Assembly (NCBI GenBank): GCA_965205975.1
Contig: OZ242195.1
Location: 4,000,001 to 4,064,000 of the forward strand
DNA length: 64,000 nucleotides
From: Candidatus Latescibacterota bacterium
Lineage (GTDB): Bacteria > Latescibacterota > UBA2968
Direction of reading: 5' to 3'
Shown here: in pieces, positions 55,754 to 64,000 of the stretch
How the letters are laid out: the number at the start of each line of letters is the position of its first letter
Position numbering within the stretch: position 1 is the stretch's first letter
Notes under the pieces: model-generated
Database searches by the model: none
What the model was told of the DNA's origin: nothing
What the model saw: the letters and a program-made list of their open reading frames with translations, nothing else
Program-made: the position numbers and the translations under genes

Positions 55754-57031
55754 TTACATCTCAATAATATCCTCCCGCCTCGGACCCACGGAAATCCACT
55801 TCACCGGAACCTCAAGCCACGCCTCGATATGCTTCACATAACGCTGTGCATTAGCTGGCAAATCCGAAAACCGGCGCACCGAAGAAATATCAGTTCTCCA
55901 TCCCGGCAACTTTTCCAGAACAGGCGTCGCCCGATCCAGGAGGGACGGAACCGGAAAAATATCTGTCTTCTCCCCATCGATATCATAAGCTGTACAAACC
56001 GGAATCTCATCCAGATAACCCAGCACATCGAGCAGCGACAACGCAACCGCTGTCGCCCCTTGCATGCGACACCCATAGCGTGTAGCAACCGCATCGAACC
56101 AGCCCATCCTCCGGGGCCGCCCCGTCGTCGCACCGTACTCCCCTGCATCGCCGCCCCTCTCGCGAAGATCCTCCGCCTCCTCGCCAAAAATCTCAGAAAT
56201 AAAAGGACCCGCCCCCACGCAAGAAGAATACGCCTTTGCAACAGCGACAACTTGCGTAATCGAATAAGGCGGAATCCCCGCCCCAATCGACGCAAAACCC
56301 GCCAACGTGGAAGAAGACGTAGGATAGGGATAAATACCGTGATCGGGATCGCGCAAAGCACCCAACTGCCCCTCCACGAGAATCTTCTTATTCTCCTTCA
56401 ACGCATTGTGAAGCAACAACGACGTATCGCAAACATAAGACTCGATCTGCTCTCCGGCCGCCATCAAATCTGGCACAACCTCCTCCAGAGACATCAGCGG
56501 CTTGTGATATAAATGCTCGAAAAGCACATTCTTCACCTCCAGCGCGCGCGCAACGCGATCCCGCAACCGGCCCTCATCGTACAAATCGGCAACCTGAACC
56601 CCCACCTTCAAATACTTATCCGAATAAAACGGCGCAATACCCGACTTGGTCGAACCGTACTTTCGATCCCCCAACCGCTCCTCCTCGTACACATCCATCA
56701 GAAGATGATAGGGAAGCAACACCTGCGCTCGCTCGGATATACACAGATTCGGTTTCGGCACACCCCGGGCAATGAGATCATCTACCTCCTCTATAAAAGC
56801 CGGAATATTCAACGCGATCCCCGTACCGAGAATATTCGTCGTATGCGGATAAAACACGCCCGAAGGCAAAAGGTGAAGGGCAAATTTCCCATACTCATTA
56901 ATAATCGTATGCCCGGCATTATTGCCACCCTGAAACCGAATAACAAAATCGGAATCCCGAGCCAGAACATCCGTCATCTTGCCCTTGCCTTCATCACCCC
57001 AATTTGCGCCTACAATTGCTGAAACAGACAT
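55754..57031 (-). CDS. purA: Adenylosuccinate synthase
   Basis: GANWGDEGKGK, GGNNAGHT, EYGATTGRPRR. Confidence 0.98.
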   Translation of the reverse strand: MSVSAIVGANWGDEGKGKMTDVLARDSDFVIRFQGGNNAGHTIINEYGKFALHLLPSGVFYPHTTNILGTGIALNIPAFIEEVDDLIARGVPKPNLCISERAQVLLPYHLLMDVYEEERLGDRKYGSTKSGIAPFYSDKYLKVGVQVADLYDEGRLRDRVARALEVKNVLFEHLYHKPLMSLEEVVPDLMAAGEQIESYVCDTSLLLHNALKENKKILVEGQLGALRDPDHGIYPYPTSSSTLAGFASIGAGIPPYSITQVVAVAKAYSSCVGAGPFISEIFGEEAEDLRERGGDAGEYGATTGRPRRMGWFDAVATRYGCRMQGATAVALSLLDVLGYLDEIPVCTAYDIDGEKTDIFPVPSLLDRATPVLEKLPGWRTDISSVRRFSDLPANAQRYVKHIEAWLEVPVKWISVGPRREDIIEM

Positions 57032-57068
57032 TTTTTATCCTTTTTTATAAGCAGTCAGCAAAAACTTC

Positions 57069-57101
57069 CTGGATCGCGGCTTTAAGCATGCCGCGATGAC
57101 G
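57069..57101. repeat. CTGGAT...ATGACG palindromic element
   Basis: CTGGATCGCGGCTTTAAGCATGCCGCGATGACG, followed by CTTCTCACTTCACACTTC. Confidence 0.9.
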
Positions 57102-57122
57102 TGCCTTCTCACTTCACACTTC

Positions 57123-58709
57123 TTATAGCTTCACCTGTTTAACCCAGTTCACAAACTCCTGAGACACAATATCGCCCAGCACCTCATCCCGCACTGGCGT
57201 ATCAATATTAAAAACCATAATCGCCTCCCCACCCTGGCTCCTGCGCCCCAGCGCCATATCGGAAATATTGATCCCATTTACCGCAAACAAATTGCCCATA
57301 TGCCCCACCACACCGGGCACATCCCGATTGCCCAAAACGATCATATTCCCCTCGAGCTTTGCCTTCACCTCAATATCATCTATGCGAACCAATCGCAAAT
57401 CCCGGCGCCCAAAAACCGTCGCCGAAATCGATGTCGTCTCTTCCGAAGTCTCGACATCTATCGTAATCAAATTGCTATAATCCGCGTGACTACTCTTGGA
57501 CTCTTCAACCCGAATACTGCGTGCCTTAGCCCATAAAGGCGCGTTGACCAGCGTCACCGGCTCCTCAGTCTGATATCCAAAAATACCTTTCAAAACCGCA
57601 GCCGTAAGCGGCGCCGTAGCGTATTCCTGAATCACACCCTGATATCGATTAATCACCCTGTGCAAATGCCCGCCCATAAGTTGCGCGTGCAACGACCCCA
57701 CCTTTTCTGCCAGCGACAAATAAGGACTAATCGCATCGAAATATTCCGGATCAATCGGCGGTAAATTGATACCACTCGGAACGGGCTTACCCTGCAGCGC
57801 AGCGCACAAATCCAGGGCAATCTGCCGCGCCACATTTTCCTGCGCCTCAAATGTCGAAGCCCCCAGATGCGGCGTAGAAACCACTTCTGACCTTCTAATT
57901 AGCGGATGATCAACCGAAGGCGGCTCCTCGCCAAACACATCCAATGCAGCCCCTGCGACCTTCCCCGCTTCAATCGCCTTGGCAAGTGCGTCCTCATTCA
58001 CAAGCTCGCCCCGCGCGCAATTAATAATACGCACCCCATCTTTGCACCTTGCAAGCGCCGATGAAGAAATGAGATGATGCGTCTGATCTGTAAACGCTGC
58101 GTGCAACGTAATATAATCCGACCTGGCAAAAATCTCATCGTAAGAAGCCTGCTGTATATGCAACTGCCGCGCCAGATCATCCGACAAAAAAGGATCGGCA
58201 CCCAACAACGTCATACCAAAAGCATGCGCGCGTCGCGCCACTTGCTGACCCACGCGCCCCACGCCGATAATACCCAAAATTTTGCCGTATAATTCAACAC
58301 CCGTATATTTGCCGCGCTCCCATTCGCCAGCTTTAAGCGATGCTGTCGCCTGGGGGATATTGCGAGACAGCGCCATCATCATAGCCATCGCGTATTCGGC
58401 GGCAGAAATCGTATTGCCACCCGGTGCATTCATCACCACAATCCCCCGCTCAGTCGCGGCTTCCACATCGATATTATCCACACCAGCGCCCGCCCGACCA
58501 ATCGCGCGAAGATTCACACCCTCTTCAATCACCCGCCGCGTAACCTCCGTTGCACTGCGCACAATCAGCCCGGCATAATCGCCAATAATCTCGCACAATT
58601 CATCTTCAGACAGACCCGTATTCACATCGACTTCTATATCTGAAGAAGCAAAAACATCCTGCCAACCATCAGCCAGGGAATCGGCAATCAGAACCTTTTC
58701 CATTTTCAC
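57123..58709 (-). CDS. serA: D-3-phosphoglycerate dehydrogenase
   Basis: GRAGAGVDNID, GVGRVG, INCARG, TPHLGAST; ASB and ACT domains. Confidence 0.96.
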   Translation of the reverse strand: MKMEKVLIADSLADGWQDVFASSDIEVDVNTGLSEDELCEIIGDYAGLIVRSATEVTRRVIEEGVNLRAIGRAGAGVDNIDVEAATERGIVVMNAPGGNTISAAEYAMAMMMALSRNIPQATASLKAGEWERGKYTGVELYGKILGIIGVGRVGQQVARRAHAFGMTLLGADPFLSDDLARQLHIQQASYDEIFARSDYITLHAAFTDQTHHLISSSALARCKDGVRIINCARGELVNEDALAKAIEAGKVAGAALDVFGEEPPSVDHPLIRRSEVVSTPHLGASTFEAQENVARQIALDLCAALQGKPVPSGINLPPIDPEYFDAISPYLSLAEKVGSLHAQLMGGHLHRVINRYQGVIQEYATAPLTAAVLKGIFGYQTEEPVTLVNAPLWAKARSIRVEESKSSHADYSNLITIDVETSEETTSISATVFGRRDLRLVRIDDIEVKAKLEGNMIVLGNRDVPGVVGHMGNLFAVNGINISDMALGRRSQGGEAIMVFNIDTPVRDEVLGDIVSQEFVNWVKQVKL

Positions 58710-59810
58710 TCAATGTCCTCTCGCATCCACGGCCCATGTTTCTACAAACATCCCGTTTTCATCAATCACGCACACCTCATCCCACAAATTCACGGTCGTA
58801 CACACATGGCGCGGCACCAGATAAAATTGATCGCCCACACGCGGTCGCGGTGTGCCCTCCGGCACAGACAACAACTGGTGTTCCTCATTGCGCCGCACAA
58901 ACGCAATATCATCAGGCAACCCCATCGCTCGAAAATGGGGCGCAGGCGTATCGGGCGCAACCGATTTACTGCCCGCATCCAGCGTGATCAGATGATCAGC
59001 AGTCGTACTGATCACACTGGACAAAACCAGTGCTGCCCATTCAAAGGGACTCTGCAACTTGTCACCATACCCCATATCCCAAAAAATCCACGTACCCGGC
59101 GAAACCTCATCTACCCCATCCACCCGTTGCGTATGCTCAAAACCCGGCGACCCCGAAGCCACCATTTTTTTCATCTCAATCCCAGAACGTTCTATCAGAC
59201 CTCGGGTCTCAACAGCCCGCTCAATCGACTCAATCGCCGTCTTCTGACGCATATCCCCATCGAAATCACCCACATGCCCGTCATACACATGCAAACCCGC
59301 AAAACACAACCCCGGCGACTGTGCAATCTGCTGTGCCAAAGCCAACGAAGGCGCGCCGGGCAATGCCCCCGTGCGATTCATCCCCGTATTGACATCCACC
59401 ATAACACCCAGACGTACATCCGCCGATGTGCAAGCATCGGACAACGCCTGAATATTATCCGCATCATCCGCAATAATTTTCAAATCGGTATCGGGGTACA
59501 ACCGCTTCAAATCCACCACGCGCCCGATATTTGCCCCCACGATATGATAAGAAATCAACACATCGGTCGCACCAATCGCAGCGAGCATCGCCGCCTCTTT
59601 GGGCGTTGCACACTTAAACTTATCAATCCCCTCATTCATCTCCATACGCGCAATCTGCGACATCTTATGCGTCTTGATATGCGGACGCAAACGCGCATAA
59701 CCACCCATCATATCTCCAATCGCGCGAATATTATGCGCCACCGCCTCCTTGTAAACCAACAGCGCAGGCGTGGGAATCTCCTCGGCATTCTTTACCCGAT
59801 AGTCAAGCAT
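58710..59810 (-). CDS. D-threonine aldolase/DSD1-family PLP enzyme
   Basis: TPALL, RPHIKTHK, MNRTG, YDGH, NEEH, PRHVCTTVNL. Confidence 0.9.
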   Translation of the reverse strand: MLDYRVKNAEEIPTPALLVYKEAVAHNIRAIGDMMGGYARLRPHIKTHKMSQIARMEMNEGIDKFKCATPKEAAMLAAIGATDVLISYHIVGANIGRVVDLKRLYPDTDLKIIADDADNIQALSDACTSADVRLGVMVDVNTGMNRTGALPGAPSLALAQQIAQSPGLCFAGLHVYDGHVGDFDGDMRQKTAIESIERAVETRGLIERSGIEMKKMVASGSPGFEHTQRVDGVDEVSPGTWIFWDMGYGDKLQSPFEWAALVLSSVISTTADHLITLDAGSKSVAPDTPAPHFRAMGLPDDIAFVRRNEEHQLLSVPEGTPRPRVGDQFYLVPRHVCTTVNLWDEVCVIDENGMFVETWAVDARGH

Positions 59811-60390
59811 TCAGCACCTCTCCAATCCATCGCCAAACCGCGTCTTTGCCGCGACCCGTCGTAGCGGAAAACGGCAACAGATCAATATCCCCATGCAAAG
59901 CGAGCATGCGTCGCGTTTGATCCAATCGACTTTTGAGTTTATGCCCCGACAGCTTATCGGCCTTGGTAGCAACCACTACAAACGGCTTGTTGCCGTGTAC
60001 CAGCCAATCGACCATCTGCAAATCATCTCGGCTCGGATCGTGCCTCGCATCAATTAACTGAACAAAACCCCTGATTGAAGGCCGATCCTGCACATACCCC
60101 TCAATCAGCTTTCCCCACGCCTGACGCTCTTCCCAACTGCGCTTTGCATAGCCATAACCGGGCAAATCGACAAAATAATACGCCTGGTTTACACGGTAAA
60201 AATTCAGCGTTCGCGTCTTCCCGGGCGTACTGCTGGTCTTCGCCAAATTTTTCCGATTGAACAGCCGATTGAGCAACGACGACTTGCCCACATTTGAACG
60301 CCCTGCAAATGCAATCTCAGCCATCCCATCGCGGGGCAACTGCCTCAAAAAACCAACACTCGTAACAAATTCGGCAGAATGGAATTGCAT
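59803..60390 (-). CDS. engB: Ribosome biogenesis GTPase EngB/YihA
   Basis: GRSNVGKSS, PGKT, DLPGYG, TKADK. Confidence 0.97.
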   Translation of the reverse strand: MQFHSAEFVTSVGFLRQLPRDGMAEIAFAGRSNVGKSSLLNRLFNRKNLAKTSSTPGKTRTLNFYRVNQAYYFVDLPGYGYAKRSWEERQAWGKLIEGYVQDRPSIRGFVQLIDARHDPSRDDLQMVDWLVHGNKPFVVVATKADKLSGHKLKSRLDQTRRMLALHGDIDLLPFSATTGRGKDAVWRWIGEVLNA

Positions 60391-60496
60391 GTTAGTAACC
60401 AGTTGTCAGTTCGCCCACCGAAAAGGCACGACACGCCTTTTATCTGTGTCCATCGGTGTTCATCTGTGGTTGCTTTTCGCTTCTTCCACACAAACG

Positions 60497-60524
60497 AAAA
60501 CCGGGGTCCAATTCGGCCCCGGTT
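60497..60524 (-). terminator. Intrinsic terminator after clpX
   Basis: AAAACCGGGGTC/GGCCCCGGTT. Confidence 0.7.
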
Positions 60525-60551
60525 CCCCATCTTTGGGAAATATCTATCTCT

Positions 60552-61799
60552 TTAAGCGCGTTTTTGGGTCGATTCGAGAACTTCAATACGCGGCTTGTTG
60601 CGGTTTTGAACCATATCGCAGGTCACTGTGACCTCGGTCAGGTCCTCATTGGTGGGTATATCGTACATCAAATCCGTCATAACGGCTTCGAGAACCGACC
60701 GCAACCCGCGCGCACCTGTACCCTTTTCCTGCGTAATGCGAACAACCTCGCGCAGCGCGTCATCCTCAAAAGTCAGCTCAACCCCATCGAGCTCAAACAA
60801 CTTTTGATATTGCTTGGTAATTGCATTTTGCGGTTCCGTCAAAATTTGCAACAGAGCAGCCTCGTCCAGATTGCCCAACGCACACATTACGGGCATTCGC
60901 CCAACCAGTTCTGGAATCAAACCGTACTTAATCAAATCTTCCGGCTCGGCATGCTGAAAAATCTCACCGGTACTTTGCTCATCCAAATCGTTCGAATCGG
61001 ACCCAAAACCAATGGTCTTCTTGCCGATGCGGGTGCTAATAACGCTTTCCAAACCATCAAATGCGCCGCCACAAATAAACAGAATATTTTTTGTATTGAG
61101 CTGAATCAGAGGTTGCTCGGGATGCTTGCGCCCCCCCTTGGGCGGAATACTCGCCACCGTACCTTCCAGAATTTTCAACAAAGCCTGCTGAACACCTTCC
61201 CCAGACACATCGCGCGTAATAGACGGATTGGCCGACTTTCGAGAAATTTTATCGACCTCGTCCAAATACAAAATACCCATCTCTGCCTGCGCCACATCGT
61301 AATCCGCCGCCTGAAGCAGGCGCACCAGGATATTCTCAACATCTTCGCCAACATACCCCGCTTCGGTCAAAATAGTGGCATCTGCAATCGAAAATGGAAC
61401 CTGCAAAATGCGCGCCAGCGTTTGCGCCAAAAGCGTCTTGCCAGTACCCGTAGGCCCCATAAGCAAAATATTGCTCTTATCGAGTTCGACATCATCCGCA
61501 GACTGATTGGACCGAATGCGCTTGTAGTGATTATACACCGCAACCGAAAGAACGCGCTTGGCGCGCTCTTGACCAATCACATAATCGTCGAGACGGGCCT
61601 TAATCTCCTGCGGCTTGGGCAACCCTTTGTGAAGCGTCACGGGCTTTTTGAGATCGTCTTCTCGCAAAACCTCATTGCACAGCTTGATACACTCACTGCA
61701 AATATTCACGCTCGGGCCAGTGACGATCTTATCGACCTGATCGGCACTCTTGCCACAAAAAGAACAGCGAATTTCTGTTCTGGAAGTCCGTCGTTTCAT
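60552..61799 (-). CDS. clpX: ATP-dependent Clp protease ATPase subunit
   Basis: CSFCGK zinc domain, [22 protein letters not shown]. Confidence 0.98.
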   Translation of the reverse strand: MKRRTSRTEIRCSFCGKSADQVDKIVTGPSVNICSECIKLCNEVLREDDLKKPVTLHKGLPKPQEIKARLDDYVIGQERAKRVLSVAVYNHYKRIRSNQSADDVELDKSNILLMGPTGTGKTLLAQTLARILQVPFSIADATILTEAGYVGEDVENILVRLLQAADYDVAQAEMGILYLDEVDKISRKSANPSITRDVSGEGVQQALLKILEGTVASIPPKGGRKHPEQPLIQLNTKNILFICGGAFDGLESVISTRIGKKTIGFGSDSNDLDEQSTGEIFQHAEPEDLIKYGLIPELVGRMPVMCALGNLDEAALLQILTEPQNAITKQYQKLFELDGVELTFEDDALREVVRITQEKGTGARGLRSVLEAVMTDLMYDIPTNEDLTEVTVTCDMVQNRNKPRIEVLESTQKRA

Positions 61800-61811
61800 A
61801 ACGCCCACTCC

Positions 61812-62429
61812 TCATAACAAGGCTTCGTCGATATCGGGGTTAGAATTTTGATCGGGAATGAGCACTTCGTCAATCAAGCCATAATCCTTTGCCTCATCAG
61901 CCGACATAAAGAAATCGCGGTCCGCATCCCTTTCTATGCGCTCAATACCCTGACCTGTACATTCGGATAAAATGGCGTTCAAACGGTCGCGATATTGCAA
62001 AATCTCTTCGGCATGTCGCTCGATATCCGAAGCCTGACCGCCTGCGCCACCAATGGGTTGATGCAGCAAAATGCGAGAATTTGGCAATGCGCGGCGCTGC
62101 CCCTTTGTACCCCCTGCAAGAAGCACCGCGCCCAGCGAAAAAGCCTGACCTACACAAACCGTTTCAACATCGTTGGGCACGTATTGCATCGTATCGTAAA
62201 TCGCCAAACCCGCCGTAATACTACCGCCGGGAGAATTGATATACAGCCGAATAGGCTTCTCGGGTGTTTCAGACGTGCAAAACAACATCTGAGCAATCAC
62301 CAGATTGGCAATCGTATCGTTAATCGGCGTACCAATAAAAATAATATTATCGCGCAACAGCCGCGAAAAAATGTCATAAGCGCGCTCGCCACGCCCTGTT
62401 TGTTCAAGAACTGTAGGAACCAGAGCCAC
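61812..62429 (-). CDS. clpP: ATP-dependent Clp protease proteolytic subunit
   Basis: [25 protein letters not shown]. Confidence 0.97.
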   Translation of the reverse strand: MALVPTVLEQTGRGERAYDIFSRLLRDNIIFIGTPINDTIANLVIAQMLFCTSETPEKPIRLYINSPGGSITAGLAIYDTMQYVPNDVETVCVGQAFSLGAVLLAGGTKGQRRALPNSRILLHQPIGGAGGQASDIERHAEEILQYRDRLNAILSECTGQGIERIERDADRDFFMSADEAKDYGLIDEVLIPDQNSNPDIDEALL

Positions 62430-62462
62430 ATTAAACTCCGTTTTATTGTTTAAATGAAAAAA

Positions 62463-63806
62463 CTATTCGCCTTCAATTTCCTCAACATCTTCGACATCTG
62501 CGTTATCGATGAGAAAATCAAACGTCTTCTGCGTTTTAATCTCCGACTCAATCTGATCGAGTTGTTCGGTTCGGCTCAAAATCTGACGCAGACGCGGCCC
62601 TTCGATATTGTGCCGTTGCGACATCTCTTCGAGATGCTTGTCCAGATCGTCATCGGTCACCTCGATATTTTCCTGATCGGCAACAGCATCCAGCAACAAA
62701 AAGCGTTTAACACCGCGCTCGGCTTGATCGCGCCCTTCTTCGCGAAGCGCATCTTCGTCAATCCCCTGATCGTGACCCGCTTGCTCCCGCTTGTACGACT
62801 CAATCATACCATCGAGATAGTTTTCGACCATGCTATCGGGAACCTCAAAAGGATTCTCCTCGATCAGCGCATCCATCAAATTTTCCTCAACGCGCTGGCG
62901 AATAGCCTGATCGTACTGCGCCTGCATCTCATTGCGAATCTGCGTCTTGAGTTCGTCCAACGTCTCCACACCGCCGACATCCTGAGCCAACTCGTCATCC
63001 AACTCGGGCAACTCGCGCTCGCGTATTTCTTTCGCCATCACGCGAAACATCACAGTCTCTTCTTTCGGTCCTTCGTCTTGATCCCCATGATCGTGGTCAT
63101 CGTGATCGTGGTCACAATCCTCGTGATCGTGCTCATCCTGAACGGGCCGCGTAATTTTAACCTCACGGGACTCACCGGCCGAAATGCCCATCAATTGCTC
63201 TGCCAAATCAGTCGGCTTATCGTCTTCCGTCTTAAACAACCGAATCGATTGATCTTCTGACCTGTGATCGGCCACGGGACTGCCGCCCTCATCGAGCTCT
63301 TCGACATCGGCAAAAACCACATCGTCGAGATCGGCAGCACGCTCCACGACCTGCTCGGTAGCACTTTCCTCTTGCATATATCGCAGCCGACTGTCAACAT
63401 GCTCGTCTTCAACTGCAAACACGGGGCGCGTCACCTTCAACCCCTTATAGGTCTCCACGGTTATCTCTGGACGGACATCGACAGAAGCCTTGAACACCAG
63501 AGGCTGTCCCTCTTCAAAATTGATATCGTCAATACTCGCCTGAGAAACGGGTTGAATCCCTTCGGCTTCACTCGCCTCCCGGTAAAATTCCTCGACCATC
63601 TCCTGGACAACCTCGCCCTGGATAGCCGGCCCAAATTGCCGTTTAATAACGCTCAGGGGAACTTTACCCTTGCGAAAACCCGGCAAATTGAGGGTCTTGC
63701 TGTATTTCCTGTAAGCGTCATTGAGACGCTTGTCCACATCTTCGGCCGGGGCCTCAATCTCCAATGTTCGACGCCACGTTCCCGACTCGGTCACCTGCAC
63801 ATTCAT
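62463..63806 (-). CDS. tig: Trigger factor
   Basis: GFRKGKVP ribosome-binding motif; tig-clpP-clpX order; start moved to MNVQVTE. Confidence 0.96.
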   Translation of the reverse strand: MNVQVTESGTWRRTLEIEAPAEDVDKRLNDAYRKYSKTLNLPGFRKGKVPLSVIKRQFGPAIQGEVVQEMVEEFYREASEAEGIQPVSQASIDDINFEEGQPLVFKASVDVRPEITVETYKGLKVTRPVFAVEDEHVDSRLRYMQEESATEQVVERAADLDDVVFADVEELDEGGSPVADHRSEDQSIRLFKTEDDKPTDLAEQLMGISAGESREVKITRPVQDEHDHEDCDHDHDDHDHGDQDEGPKEETVMFRVMAKEIRERELPELDDELAQDVGGVETLDELKTQIRNEMQAQYDQAIRQRVEENLMDALIEENPFEVPDSMVENYLDGMIESYKREQAGHDQGIDEDALREEGRDQAERGVKRFLLLDAVADQENIEVTDDDLDKHLEEMSQRHNIEGPRLRQILSRTEQLDQIESEIKTQKTFDFLIDNADVEDVEEIEGE

Positions 63807-63863
63807 CGCGTTGGATAATCCTTTCTTTAATAATACTTCACTAACTAACTGGACCAACGAGCA

Positions 63864-63892
63864 ATAATAAACAAATGAAAACGCTTTGTCAA
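63864..63892 (-). promoter_or_regulatory. Sigma70-type promoter of tig
   Basis: TTGACA-17 bp-TATTAT on the - strand. Confidence 0.75.
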
Positions 63893-63929
63893 TGGCGTTG
63901 GGGATGATGTTCACCTATCAGCGATCAGC

Positions 63930-63998
63930 GGGCGACCACAGGGAGTCGCCCCTACAAACCACAATATCATCGTAGGGGACGGCCCCTGTGCCGTGCCG
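63930..63998. repeat. Inverted REP doublet (GTAG family)
   Basis: GGGCGACCACAGGGAGTCGCCCCTAC facing GTAGGGGACGGCCCCTGTGCCGTGCC. Confidence 0.75.
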
Positions 63999-64000
63999 TC

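Noticed and set aside
63807..64000. tRNA gene upstream of tig
   Set aside because: No cloverleaf or TpsiC motif; only a promoter and a REP doublet are seen.

Overview
Bacterial chromosomal window. The + strand is visibly C-rich over most of its length, and most housekeeping genes lie on the - strand: partial folC, dsbD, degP, purA, serA, engB, clpX, clpP and tig; pepA is on +. It also carries many catabolic enzymes: a sulfatase, a PL6 lyase, an enolase-family dehydratase, a BKACE, a GGT and a UbiD. An internalin-type LRR protein, a TPR fusion, many toxin-antitoxin (TA) modules and dense intergenic palindromic and short tandem repeats suggest a host-associated (e.g. sponge-symbiont-like) marine bacterium; this is inference only. 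There are two accessory zones. (1) About 18.6-27.4 kb is segmented by three copies of a ~45-bp promoter-bearing repeat. It holds a TA pair, a tnpB-only IS200/IS605 element, an island with a YprA/DUF1998-type helicase and uncharacterised genes bounded by a 40-bp direct repeat, and three antitoxin-like genes without toxins. (2) About 41-45.6 kb holds a TA pair, an orphan McrB-like GTPase, an aquaporin remnant and a tandem array of three paralogous ~108-122 aa membrane proteins with shared leaders, bracketed by an ~80-bp direct repeat. I saw no rRNA, tRNA or CRISPR array. Family calls come from motif recognition by eye, not database searches. Several starts were moved from the ORF track to RBS-supported ATG/GTG codons.
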